Shown here: piece after piece, positions 1-9,800 of the stretch
How the letters are laid out: each line of letters starts with the position of its first letter
How positions within the stretch are numbered: position 1 is the stretch's first letter
Source: Candidatus Woesearchaeota archaeon UBA525
Lineage (GTDB): Archaea > Nanobdellota > Nanobdellia > Woesearchaeales > UBA525
Assembly: GCA_002498125.1 (NCBI GenBank)
Contig: DAGG01000013.1
Coordinates: 18,196-82,195 of the forward strand
Direction of reading: 5' to 3'
Length of the DNA stretch: 64,000 bases
Notes under the pieces: generated by a model
The model's input: the letters and a program-made list of their open reading frames with translations, nothing else
The model's database searches: none
What the model was told of the DNA's origin: nothing
Made by a program: the position numbers and the translations under genes

Positions 1-176
1 CCATAAACCGTCAGGCCCCCAGAGCAATTCGAGCGTCTGGTACCTATTTCGAGCGGTCTCTTACTTCCCCGGGAAAAGGGTTATTTAAACCTTTCCCTGG
101 GCCGTTCGTACACTCCTACCGGTAAAACGACTATATAAAACTTTCCTAAATGTATTCACTGTCCAGTAGGTTCAGA

Positions 177-473
177 TTACCTTTTGCTCGCTGCCTGAGG
201 AATCTGTTCACAATAACCCTCGTAGAGAATGTGCGCTCCGGAGCAGCGAGCATCGCAAGCAGAAGGATAGTTCGAAGCCTTGTTCCCGGCGCCAGCACAC
301 ACCGGTTCGCCGCTACAGGCAGAGCAGTCCTCTGCAGGCGCAGCAAACTCCTCGATCACACGGCCAGTCGGCGCACCGAGCGGCTCGTACGAAGGGAGTT
401 CCACGACGGTGAGCACGCCGACGATACCGACGACGGCGACAATTCCGAGAAGCATGAGCAGTGCGTTATCCAT
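177..473 (-). CDS. small Cys-rich membrane-anchored hypothetical protein (98 aa; one N-terminal TM, six Cys)
   Basis: ORF has a clean N-terminal hydrophobic helix and spaced Cys residues. TATA-like gcTTTAAATAct lies about 25 nt upstream on the minus strand. The overlapping plus-strand ORFs are Arg-rich frame artefacts. Confidence 0.4.
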   Translation of the reverse strand: MDNALLMLLGIVAVVGIVGVLTVVELPSYEPLGAPTGRVIEEFAAPAEDCSACSGEPVCAGAGNKASNYPSACDARCSGAHILYEGYCEQIPQAASKR

Positions 474-571
474 GGTTACATCCTTGCCCTCGACAGTATT
501 TAAAGCTTCTCGGCAGTAATTAACAACTAATTAGTAGTAACATTTATATTCCTCGTTGTATCAGTAAACGC

Positions 572-1114
572 ATGCGCAACACCGCACTCATGATCATCGA
601 CATGCAGCAGAACTACATGCGGAGCATAGAACCGAGCAAGCTCGATGACCTCGTAGCCCAGCAGCTCGCGTTACTCGACTTGTGCAGGCAAAGAGACGTC
701 CCCATCTTCACCATCAGGATGGACGTTGACATCCCGATCGATACCAGGATTGCGGCGGCAGCCATGCGCGCACCACGGCACGAGCCATACCTCAAGAAGC
801 GTCGTGACGCATTCACCAACCCACGATTAGAGAGGGCGGTGGAGAGGCACGGCATCCGACATCTCATCATCAGCGGCATCTACGCATCTAATTGCGTACT
901 CGCGACAGCTGCGACAGCACGACGCAAGTACAAGATATGGACAACCCCTGCGCTCATAGCAGACAGTGAAGCGCCTGAATTCGTGAGCACGCAAGGGGAT
1001 GTGCACGAAGCGATGAGTGAGAACGCAGCAATGGTGCAGGAGTGGTACCACCTGAACACCAACTACCACCCCGACGTCACTTCTCTCCTCAGGGCGCTGG
1101 ACGACAACATTTAA
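572..1114 (+). CDS. isochorismatase-family cysteine hydrolase
   Basis: MIIDMQ N-terminal motif and conserved Cys (ASNCV). TATA cATTTATATTcc lies about 25 nt upstream. Confidence 0.7.
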   Translation: MRNTALMIIDMQQNYMRSIEPSKLDDLVAQQLALLDLCRQRDVPIFTIRMDVDIPIDTRIAAAAMRAPRHEPYLKKRRDAFTNPRLERAVERHGIRHLIISGIYASNCVLATAATARRKYKIWTTPALIADSEAPEFVSTQGDVHEAMSENAAMVQEWYHLNTNYHPDVTSLLRALDDNI

Positions 1115-1130
1115 ATAGCCTCATCTCCGG

Positions 1131-1685
1131 GTGAGCAGGAGTGAGGTGGCAAGCTTGAAATCTCGTAAAGGCTCAATGCAGCTCAGCATCGAAGCAATCA
1201 TCATCCTGGTAATAGCCATTGTCCTCCTGGGACTCGGCATAGCGTTCATCAAGAACTTCTTCGGCCAAGCGGCTACGCCGCTCGAAGGGCAGCTTGGATC
1301 ACTGAAGAGCTGCAATGCAAATGCGCAGACACCGTTCTTACCCACGACATATAAGCTTCAGCAAGGGACTAAAGAAGCAGGAGTAGAGGTGTGTGTTTTC
1401 AACAACGAAGCCGCTAAGCTTGTTGATGCCAAAATCAAGATAGATGAATGTCTTACCCCTGCAGGCACCACAGTGAGTGCCGCCAACAGCAAGATAAAGA
1501 TTCAGACCCTCAAATTCGATCTCGACCGCAGCAAGTCAGGCCTCATCCCAATCACCATCGATGCGACCACGACCACTACTGCAGACATAGGAACCTATAT
1601 CTGCGGCATCAAGGTCGAGAAGGATAGCGCACTTGCGTCCGATCCGTCACTCGGTCCGGTCCAAGTCACAATCGAGGTGCAATGA
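1131..1685 (+). CDS. archaeal type IV pilin-like protein (class III signal peptide) with beta-rich C-terminal domain
   Basis: N-terminus SRKG|SMQLSIEAIIILVIAIVLLGLG resembles a prepilin (class III) signal peptide. The stop overlaps the start of the next ORF (ATGATGA). Confidence 0.5.
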   Translation: MSRSEVASLKSRKGSMQLSIEAIIILVIAIVLLGLGIAFIKNFFGQAATPLEGQLGSLKSCNANAQTPFLPTTYKLQQGTKEAGVEVCVFNNEAAKLVDAKIKIDECLTPAGTTVSAANSKIKIQTLKFDLDRSKSGLIPITIDATTTTTADIGTYICGIKVEKDSALASDPSLGPVQVTIEVQ

Positions 1686-1909
1686 TGAAACGCACGATAA
1701 CACGGCAGGAGGAGTTCGAGATTATGAAGCTTGTCATGGACAAGTTCTTGTGGCTCGGAGTCATCATCATGGCGTACGGCCTGTACAAGATCATCAGCCT
1801 ATCGGAAAGCTTCTGGTTCGGGCTGAGCATCCTTGCAGGCGGGGCAATCATCATGTTGCTCTTCGTGTGGATCCTCATGAAGGAGTTCAACTACGTCAAG
1901 CACCCATGA
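1682..1909 (+). CDS. small two-TM membrane protein, translationally coupled between the two pilin-like genes
   Basis: 75 aa with two hydrophobic helices. It overlaps both neighbours by 4 nt. Confidence 0.35.
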   Translation: MMKRTITRQEEFEIMKLVMDKFLWLGVIIMAYGLYKIISLSESFWFGLSILAGGAIIMLLFVWILMKEFNYVKHP

Positions 1910-2442
1910 TTCCTTTCTTTCCTCCTAATTCTAAGGGATTCGAGCTAGCCATCAGCACGCTCGTCGTGATGATACTCGGCGTCCTTGTGGTGGGCGGAGG
2001 CATCGCCCTTCTCGCGAAGATTATGATGGCGAGCGAAGACCTGAATGCCGATCTCCCGACACGCCACCTTGATGAGCTGCGAGAGCGCCTCACTGAAGGC
2101 CAGCTCGTGGCGACAGTGCCCTCGAACCAGAAAGTAGTCGCAGGAGAGGCGGTCACGTTCGGTCTCGCTGTGAAGAACGCGCTTGATACCAAGACGTTCA
2201 CCATAGACATCAAAGGGAAAGATGAGAACGACGCTGACGTGACATTCGGCACTGGAGCAACCCAATGGAGTAAAGTGTTGTTCACAGACCTCACTATCGA
2301 AGGAGGTCAAGAAGCCATTGCCAAGATTATCGTCGTTCCAGGCAAGAACGTACCGCAAGGGACCTACACCTTCATCGTGAAGGTCATGGACGGTGCGGAA
2401 GTCTATGACTCAGCGAGATTCTTCACCGTCGCGGTGCAATGA
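1906..2442 (+). CDS. archaeal type IV pilin-like protein (class III signal peptide), paralogue of 1131..1685
   Basis: Internal Met start gives MIPFFPPNSKG|FELAISTLVVMILGVLVVGGG. The beta-sandwich-like C-terminus ends in TVAVQ, like TIEVQ in the upstream paralogue. The first 91 codons of the 269-aa track ORF are Arg/His-rich and judged non-coding. Confidence 0.5.
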   Translation: MIPFFPPNSKGFELAISTLVVMILGVLVVGGGIALLAKIMMASEDLNADLPTRHLDELRERLTEGQLVATVPSNQKVVAGEAVTFGLAVKNALDTKTFTIDIKGKDENDADVTFGTGATQWSKVLFTDLTIEGGQEAIAKIIVVPGKNVPQGTYTFIVKVMDGAEVYDSARFFTVAVQ

Positions 2443-3082
2443 GGCGCTCGAGCGCCCCACGCTGGTCGTGAGCCAGCACGATATGTGAGGAGAGCAGCAC
2501 GCCGGCTGCACCGAGACTGAGCGCGATGGTGAGATCTGTCCTGTTCTTGATACCAGCGCCAACGAGAAGAGGTCTGGATGACGCTCGGACAGCGTCGCCG
2601 ATGACGCCGGGGCGTGCCATGGCCACAGACACGTCACCGCCAATGAGTTCTGGCGGCTCGATGCAGAACAGGTCTGCGTCCACGTGACGCTCGAACTCTT
2701 GCAGCTGCCGCACATCTGCGGCGATAGCGATGACGTCAAGCCTGCTCTTGCGCAGGTGTGGGATGATGCCACGGATGCCCTGTATGCTGATCCTGTGCTC
2801 TGCATGGTTGAGCAGCGTCCCCTTAGCTCCTGCTTTCTTGAGCGCGTGTGCAGTCACCCAACCCGTGCTCTTGCCCGGCATGGCGAAATCAGCGTGCTGC
2901 GCATAGACAGGGATAGATACCGCCTTGGCGACGGCAGATATGTCTGTGGTCTGCACTGCGATGCGGATATCGACCTTGTGCTTGCGGCCGAGAGTCTGGC
3001 ATATCTTCGCCAGTGCCACCGCCCTTTCACCTGTCGCCTGAGGGTATGTCTTGAAGTTGACGATGACGATAGGCTTTGCCAC
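2423..3082 (-). CDS. tpiA: triosephosphate isomerase, archaeal short form
   Basis: KPIVIVNFKTY...NHAEHR motifs; about 219 aa. Confidence 0.85.
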   Translation of the reverse strand: MAKPIVIVNFKTYPQATGERAVALAKICQTLGRKHKVDIRIAVQTTDISAVAKAVSIPVYAQHADFAMPGKSTGWVTAHALKKAGAKGTLLNHAEHRISIQGIRGIIPHLRKSRLDVIAIAADVRQLQEFERHVDADLFCIEPPELIGGDVSVAMARPGVIGDAVRASSRPLLVGAGIKNRTDLTIALSLGAAGVLLSSHIVLAHDQRGALERLIAPRR

Positions 3083-3107
3083 ACACTCAAACCGGCGCAG
3101 AGGGTAT

Positions 3108-3902
3108 TTATGCCTTTCTCGTCAGGCGATGCTTCCCGCGAGTGGTGAACCACCATATCGCGATGCCGACCATCACGAGGCTGAACCACTGGCCGAGGCT
3201 CAATCCCAGGAGCGCGGGATCTGTCGGGTCGAACTCGCGGAAGAACGTGACGATGAAGCGGAACGTGCCGTAGAGGAGGATGAAGCTCCAGAACACAACT
3301 CCCTCTGCGAAGCGTTTGCTCTGCTCCATGACAAGCAGGATGATGAATATCACGTAGGAGTACAGTGCCTCGTATATCTGCGATGGGTGGCGGCAGCCGT
3401 CGGCATGCGGGAACTCGACGCACCAGGACACTTCAGTCACCCGTCCCCAGAGCTCGCCGTTCACGTAGTTGGCAAGCCTGCCGAAGACCAGGACGAGCGC
3501 GAGTGGCACGATGAGAATGTCTGCGAGGCGGTAGAATCCTATCTCGTGCTTGCGGCAGAAGTACCACGTCACAATCGCAGCGCCGATGAGACCGCCGTGG
3601 ATGCTCAACCCTCCCTTCCACACCGCAAGGATATCGATGAGATGCGTCAGGTAGTATGCGGGATTATAGAAGATGACATAGAAAAGCCGTGCGCCGATGA
3701 TGCTCCCGAGCATGAGCTGGAAGATGTAGTCCTCGGCGAGCTTTTTTGTCATCCCTGGCAGGAGGCCACGCTCTGCTGCGAGCTTGAGCACATAGTAGCC
3801 AAGGAAGAACCCTGCGGCGTAGACGAGACCGTACCATCGGACCTCGAGCGGTCCGAGCGAGAACGCGACAGGATCAAGGTCCCAGGTGATCATGGACTGC
3901 AC
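3108..3902 (-). CDS. lgt: prolipoprotein diacylglyceryl transferase
   Basis: Polytopic membrane protein. It contains GRLANYVNGELWG, which matches the Lgt PROSITE signature G-R-x-A-N-F-x-N-x-E-x2-G, and a GGLSIHGG motif. Confidence 0.75.
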   Translation of the reverse strand: MQSMITWDLDPVAFSLGPLEVRWYGLVYAAGFFLGYYVLKLAAERGLLPGMTKKLAEDYIFQLMLGSIIGARLFYVIFYNPAYYLTHLIDILAVWKGGLSIHGGLIGAAIVTWYFCRKHEIGFYRLADILIVPLALVLVFGRLANYVNGELWGRVTEVSWCVEFPHADGCRHPSQIYEALYSYVIFIILLVMEQSKRFAEGVVFWSFILLYGTFRFIVTFFREFDPTDPALLGLSLGQWFSLVMVGIAIWWFTTRGKHRLTRKA

Positions 3903-4145
3903 TTCCTCCGTCGACTATTTATTTCTTTGCGCTGCGCGGAAGTACCGCTGCGGCACATAGACGGATGCTCGCACAGCGGCTTCGGCACGCCTCGCCGCAC
4001 TCGCATCCTTTGTCTTATCGCAAGGCACGGCGAATTCAAAGAATTCGCGTGCAGGGAAAGTTTCACTTTCTCTCGCAGCGTAGAATACATATCCCGTGCG
4101 CATTGAGTTCAGCAGAACTAGTTCAAAAACAGCAATAAAGAAGCT

Positions 4146-4454
4146 TCAGCCGAACGTCTCTTTGACCTTGGCGTCGATCTGGGGCTTGCCGAGCGCGCCG
4201 ACAAAGCGGTTGACTTCCTTGCCGTCCTTGAAGAAGACGACTGTCGGTATGCCGCGGACGCCGTACTGCTGCGCGACCTCAGGGTTCTCATCGACGTTCA
4301 CCTTGGCGAACTTCACTCCAGCAGCGCCCTTGGCAGCCGCTTCAAAAGCAGGAGCCATCATCTGGCAAGGACCGCACCATGGCGCCCAGAAATCTATGAC
4401 AGCGTTGCCCTTGGCGATCGCGTTATTGAACTCAGCAGCAGTCAGTTCTTCCAT
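4146..4454 (-). CDS. trxA: thioredoxin
   Basis: WAPWCGPCQ active site; 102 aa. Confidence 0.9.
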   Translation of the reverse strand: MEELTAAEFNNAIAKGNAVIDFWAPWCGPCQMMAPAFEAAAKGAAGVKFAKVNVDENPEVAQQYGVRGIPTVVFFKDGKEVNRFVGALGKPQIDAKVKETFG

Positions 4455-4461
4455 GTTTCAC

Positions 4462-4929
4462 CTACCGACGAGGTCGCTCGCGCAATTTATTAAGCTTTTC
4501 CTGTAGTCTCACCCTCTTACGTCGACGATGCTCGAGCCTCCAGAGATGGAACCTTTTGTACAGCGCGGTCTTGCGTAGCTTGCGTCGGTGCTTGGCGAAC
4601 TGCGCATCAAACCATTTCCATCGGTGATACCTGCGCATGACGAGCAGCCCGATGACGATGAGCACGACGCCAGGGATGACCGGCAGCATGATACCGATGA
4701 TGCCTCCGATGAAGAGCGCGAGCACACCAGTCATGGTGAGCAAGTAGATGAGCATCCTGTGCGCCCGGTCCACGAGTGGGTGGCGCTTGAAGAACTGCCG
4801 CAAGAGCATGGTGATGCCGAGCAGCACAAGAATTGTGCAGAACGCGATGAAGACAAGCATGCCGGTCACAACCGTCCCCTTGAAGAGCAACGACTCCCGT
4901 ATCACCAGGACGAAATCGCCCAGGTTCAT
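4462..4929 (-). CDS. membrane protein with Arg/Lys-rich C-terminal tail (DUF454/YbaN-like)
   Basis: Two or three TM helices followed by a very basic tail. It overlaps the hisS stop by 4 nt. Confidence 0.45.
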   Translation of the reverse strand: MNLGDFVLVIRESLLFKGTVVTGMLVFIAFCTILVLLGITMLLRQFFKRHPLVDRAHRMLIYLLTMTGVLALFIGGIIGIMLPVIPGVVLIVIGLLVMRRYHRWKWFDAQFAKHRRKLRKTALYKRFHLWRLEHRRRKRVRLQEKLNKLRERPRR

Positions 4930-6197
4930 GCAGCCCTCAGCTTCCCGATAAGGTCGGATTTTGGCAGGAGCGACTCCTCGCCACTACGCATGTCCTTGAG
5001 CTTGTACATGCCCTGATCGAGCTCCTTCTTGCCGACGAACACGACGTAAGGGATGCCCATCGCATTGGCATAATCGAGGTTCTTGCTGATGCCGCGTTCC
5101 ATTATGTCGACATCGGCGTTGATTCCGCAGTCCCGCAGCTCCTGGCATACCTGGTTGCTCTCAAGCGGCGTCTTGATGGGGATGATGTACACATGGACGA
5201 CGGTCTTGGGCTGCTCCTTCTGGAGCATCTTGAGCGCCTCGGTGATAGGCTCGAGGCCAAAGCTCACGCCGACTGCGGGGAAGTCATCAGGTCTGCCGAT
5301 GAACTCGCCAATCATGCGGTCGTACCGGCCGCCGGCGCTGATACTGCTTGTGATAGAGCCATCATCAAGGTATGTCTCGAAGACAACGCCGGTATAGTAT
5401 GAGAGGCCGCGCGAAAGGGCGGGATCAAAGACGAGCCGCTTGTCAGGCACGAGGGAGAGGATGCTCTCAATGCGCTCGAGCTCGGGAACTGTGCCGTACG
5501 CATCCTTGATGGCGGAGACCTTCTCCTCATTCGTGCCGAGCTGCGCGATGGCGATGATGCGCCCGACTCCAGCGCCAGGAATCCCGGCAGCCTCGAGCTC
5601 TGCCATGACGCCCTCCTCACCTATCTTCTTGAGCTTGTCGATGACGAGCATGGCCTGCGGGAGCTTGTCCGCGGGCACGCCATCGTGAGCAAGCATGAGC
5701 TTGAGGAGCGCGACGCTGTTCACGTCGGTATGCACCGTCATGCCGATATCCTTGAAGACTGAGAGCACGAGCTGGATGCACTGCGCGTCAGCAGCAGCCG
5801 AGTTCACCCCGACGATGTCGCCGTCGCACTGGTAGAACTCGCGATAGCGGCCGAGCTTGATTGGCCCATCACGGTACGCCCTGCCTATCTCATAGCGCTT
5901 GAACGGCAACTTCACGTTCGGATTCATCGCTACGAATCGCGCGAGAGGCACAGTGAGATCGTAGCGCAGGCCGAGCTCGCGCTCGCCTTGGTCGGTGAAC
6001 ATAAACGTCTCTTTGAGTATCTCTGCGCCTCCGGCGTACTTCGCGGAGAGCGTCTCATAGCGTTCGATGATCGGGGTCTCTAGCGGATTGAAGCCGTAGC
6101 GCTCGAAGTGGTCCCTGATGACGACCACGACGCGATCCCTCAGTATCTTCTCCTGCGGAGGAAAGTCGCGGACGCCTTTGGGCTGCATGATTTCCAT
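4926..6197 (-). CDS. hisS: histidyl-tRNA synthetase
   Basis: Class II aaRS motifs; 423 aa with HisRS-like N-terminus MQPKGVRDF. Confidence 0.9.
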   Translation of the reverse strand: MEIMQPKGVRDFPPQEKILRDRVVVVIRDHFERYGFNPLETPIIERYETLSAKYAGGAEILKETFMFTDQGERELGLRYDLTVPLARFVAMNPNVKLPFKRYEIGRAYRDGPIKLGRYREFYQCDGDIVGVNSAAADAQCIQLVLSVFKDIGMTVHTDVNSVALLKLMLAHDGVPADKLPQAMLVIDKLKKIGEEGVMAELEAAGIPGAGVGRIIAIAQLGTNEEKVSAIKDAYGTVPELERIESILSLVPDKRLVFDPALSRGLSYYTGVVFETYLDDGSITSSISAGGRYDRMIGEFIGRPDDFPAVGVSFGLEPITEALKMLQKEQPKTVVHVYIIPIKTPLESNQVCQELRDCGINADVDIMERGISKNLDYANAMGIPYVVFVGKKELDQGMYKLKDMRSGEESLLPKSDLIGKLRAA

Positions 6198-6228
6198 GCA
6201 ACGCGAAGAATAGGCGGGGTATAAAAAA

Positions 6229-6750
6229 TCATCGTCGGGAGCGTTTGGTCACAGCTCTGCGCGAAGATTTAGACGCGGCCTTACGGACAATCTTTCGCGG
6301 CACAGCACGCCGCTTGCGCGTCTGAAGAGTTCGAAGAGCGGGTTTTGCAGACGGTGCACGAGACGGAATGAATCCTGTGATCCTGCCGACCACAGGCATG
6401 GTGTCGGTGGCGAGCTCAACCTCGTCGATGCTCTCCTGGGCCGCTGATGTCGCATCCAGTATATCCTCGAGATGCTGGACTGTTCGTCCTGCGGCTTCCT
6501 TCGCCTCCTCAATCGCCTGCCGCACAGTCTCCTGCGGGATGAGGAACTCCTCCGACTCTTCGACGACAGGCGTACGAGGCTCGACCGGCGTGAAGTGCTG
6601 CGCGATGAGCCCTTTGAAGTGCTGCCTGCGCAGGTGCGCGATGAAGCGTGCGCTGTAGTGAGAATGGCATCGCAGGCAGCTGTATCCTGCAAACCTATCA
6701 CCTTTGAGCTTGAATCCGCATACCGGGCACTCGTGGCTTCGCTCCTTCAT
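6229..6750 (-). CDS. zinc-ribbon protein with basic C-terminal tail
   Basis: N-terminal CPVC...CLRC motif, acidic middle and RK-rich tail. Divergent from ileS. Confidence 0.4.
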   Translation of the reverse strand: MKERSHECPVCGFKLKGDRFAGYSCLRCHSHYSARFIAHLRRQHFKGLIAQHFTPVEPRTPVVEESEEFLIPQETVRQAIEEAKEAAGRTVQHLEDILDATSAAQESIDEVELATDTMPVVGRITGFIPSRAPSAKPALRTLQTRKRRAVPRKIVRKAASKSSRRAVTKRSRR

Positions 6751-6772
6751 GGCCTGTTCCCGGTGGGCAAAC

Positions 6773-6780
6773 TATTTAAA
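6773..6780 (+). promoter_or_regulatory. TATA box for ileS
   Basis: TATTTAAA about 23-30 nt upstream of the ileS ATG. Confidence 0.5.
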
Positions 6781-6802
6781 CGCTTTCTCGGGTCCTGGAC
6801 GA

Positions 6803-9800
6803 ATGCCAGGACCGTATGACTTCAAGTCAGTGGAATCCAGTACGCGGGAGTTTTGGGAGCAGAATCGCATCTATGAGAAGGCGAAGGAGGGCAACCAGAC
6901 GCCTGACCATAAGAAGTTCTACTTCCTGGACGGTCCTCCGTACACGAGCGGGAAAGCTCATATAGGCCATACCTGGAACCACGCGCTCAAAGATGTGGTG
7001 CTGCGCTACAAGCGCATGAGCGGCTTCAATGTCTGGGATCGCGCAGGCTACGACATGCACGGCCTACCGACAGAGCACGCCACAGAAAAGGAGCTCGGCA
7101 TCCATGGCCGCGAACAGATAGAGGCGTATGGCGTCGAGAAGTTCATCGATGAGTGCCGCAAAGTCTGCATCCGTAATATGCTGGAGATGAACAAGGTCTT
7201 CAAGAGCCTCGGCGTGTGGATGGACTTCGACAACGCCTATCAGCCGATCACGAAGGAGTTCATCGAAGGAGAATGGTGGTTCGTGAAAACGGCGCATGAG
7301 AAAGGACGCCTGTACGAGGGCGAGCGCACCATGACCTGGGACCCGACAAACGCGACTGCGCTCGCCAAGCATGAGCTCGAGTACAAGACCATCACCGACA
7401 CCGCCATCTACGTGAAGATGAGAGTCAAGGACGAGGCGGATACATACCTCATCATCTGGACCACCACGCCGTGGACCATACCGTTCAACCTCGCAATCAT
7501 GGCCAACCCTGACGTCACCTATGTCAAGGCAAAGGTTTTGCATGACGGCAAGCAACAGATATGGATTCTCGCGAAAGACCTCATGGATGAGTTCATCGTC
7601 GATAAAATGGGGACTGGCTACGAAATCATCAAAGAGCTCAAAGGAAGCGACATCGCAGGTCTCGAATACGAGCACCCCTTCGCAAGCAAGGCGCCGATCT
7701 ATGCCGAGCTCAAGAGCCGCATGCCAAAGGTCCACACAGTCCTCATGAGCACTGAGTACGTCGATACGAGCACAGGAACAGGTCTCGTCCACTGCGCACC
7801 AGGCTGCGGTCCTGAGGATTACGAGGTCGGCCATCGCAATGGCATCAAACCATTCAACACGCTCGATGAGCAGGGAGTCCTGCGCGATCTCGCCCCGTTC
7901 AACGGCCTCATCGCCAAGACAGACGATGACGAGTTCATCAGGCTCATCGATGAGGAGGGCGCTCTGCTGCACACGCACAAATACAGCCACGAGTACCCGC
8001 ATGGCGAGCGCAGCCGGCAGCCAGTCGTGTTCCGCACGACAAAGCAATGGTTCCTCAAGGTCGAGGACATCAAGGACAGGCTCATCGAAGAGAACAACAA
8101 GATAGCATGGCGACCGGAAGCCGCGTACAATGCCTTCAACAGCTGGCTCGAGAACCTGCGCGACAACAGCATCAGCAAGCAACGTTTCTGGGGCACACCC
8201 ATACCCGTCTGGCGTAGTACTGATGATCCTAAGGAGTATATCGTCGTCGGCAGCGCCAAGGAGCTCGCTGAGCTCGCCGGCCTAGACAAGGAGCCTGAAG
8301 ACCTGCACATCCCGACAGTGGACAAAATCACATTCAAACGCAAAGGCAAAGACGGCAAGATGCACGAGTACCGCCGCATCCCTGACGTCCTCGACGTATG
8401 GGTGGATGCCGGCACGACCAGCTGGAACTGCCTCTTCTATCCGGGCCGCCCCGACCTGCTCAAGGAGTGGTACCCTGCCGCATTTATCCTCGAAGGCAAG
8501 GACCAGATCCGCGGATGGTTCAACCTGCTGCACATCGCGAGCATGATAGCATTCGACAAGCCGGCGTTCAAGGCGGTGTACATGCACGGCTTCATCAACG
8601 ACTCGCAAGGCCGCAAGATGAGCAAGTCATTGGGCAACTACATCCTGCCTGAGGAGATCATCAGCAAATACGGGGTCGACACGACCCGCTACTACATGAT
8701 AGGCGCCGCGAATCCTGGATTCGACATGAACTACAACTTCGATGACACGGATGCAAAGTTCAAGAATATGCTCGTCTACTGGAACATGCACAACTACCTG
8801 CTCGAGCTCGCAGCGCTCGGCGACATAAAGCCGAAGCCCATCAGTTCCCTCGAGCTCGGTCTTGAGGAGCGCTACCTCCTCTCCAGACTGAATACTGCCA
8901 TCAAAGGGATGACAGAGGCGTTCGACGAGTACCGCCTCAATGAGACGCCGGTCATCGTAGAGGAGTTCCTCCTGGACATGAGCCGCACCTACATTCAGCT
9001 TGTGCGCGACAAGGCGACCGCGGGCACTGATGAGGAGAAAGAAACAGTTGTGAGCGCGCTCGCGCACAGCATGCTCGATGCCATGACGCTCTTCGCGCCC
9101 ATCGCGCCGTACTTCGCAGAAGCGATGTACCAAGACCTCAAGGCAGCTTTCCCTGAGATCTGCAAAGAGGAATCAATTCACCTGCGGCAGTGGCCGACAT
9201 CTGACGGAGAGCTCATCGATGAGCAGCTCGAGAAGGATTTCATCATCGCCAAAGACCTCATCGGCGCGATCCTCGCCGCACGCGACAAGGCGCAGCTGGG
9301 CGTGCGCTGGCCTGCCTCGCAGGTTCGCGTCGACTGCACACCTGTGCAAGCGGAGGCGATCCGACGCATGGAGACGCTCGTGAAGGTGCAGACGAACGTG
9401 AAGGACATCTCGTTCGAACCAGTCGAGGTCGAATATGTGATAGAGCCGAACACGAAGACCATCGGCAAGGCGTTCGGGAAGGAGACGCAGGAGGTCATGG
9501 CATTGATCGCACGCAGCCAGGAGGATATCACCCAGATGTTGCGCGAACGCAAGAGCCATATCATGCTCGACCAGAGGACCATCAAGGAGGAGCATCTCGA
9601 TATCAAGCGGCAGGCACCGGATAAGTACCAGCCTGGCGAAGGCAATGTGTTGCGCGCTTACCTCGACACTACGAGGACGCCGGAGCTCGAACGCGAAGGG
9701 TATGCCCGCGAGATCATCAGGCGCATCCAGCAGCTGCGCAAAACGGCCGGCCTTGTGAAGAGCGACCGCATCGGCGTGGAGATTACGAGCGCCGATAGCA

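Noticed and set aside
150-519. Plus-strand ORFs 150..503 and 280..519
   Set aside because: They overlap the minus-strand 177..473 gene, which has a proper TM helix, spaced Cys residues and a TATA box. The plus frames are Arg/Ser-rich.
3051-4106. 351-aa plus-strand ORF
   Set aside because: It is antisense to the lgt gene, which has strong motifs. The composition is Arg/Glu/Asp-rich with no domain signature, typical of GC-rich antisense frames.
7064-8182. 372-aa minus-strand ORF inside ileS
   Set aside because: It is antisense to a clearly conserved aminoacyl-tRNA synthetase. It is low complexity and Asp/Leu/Val-rich.
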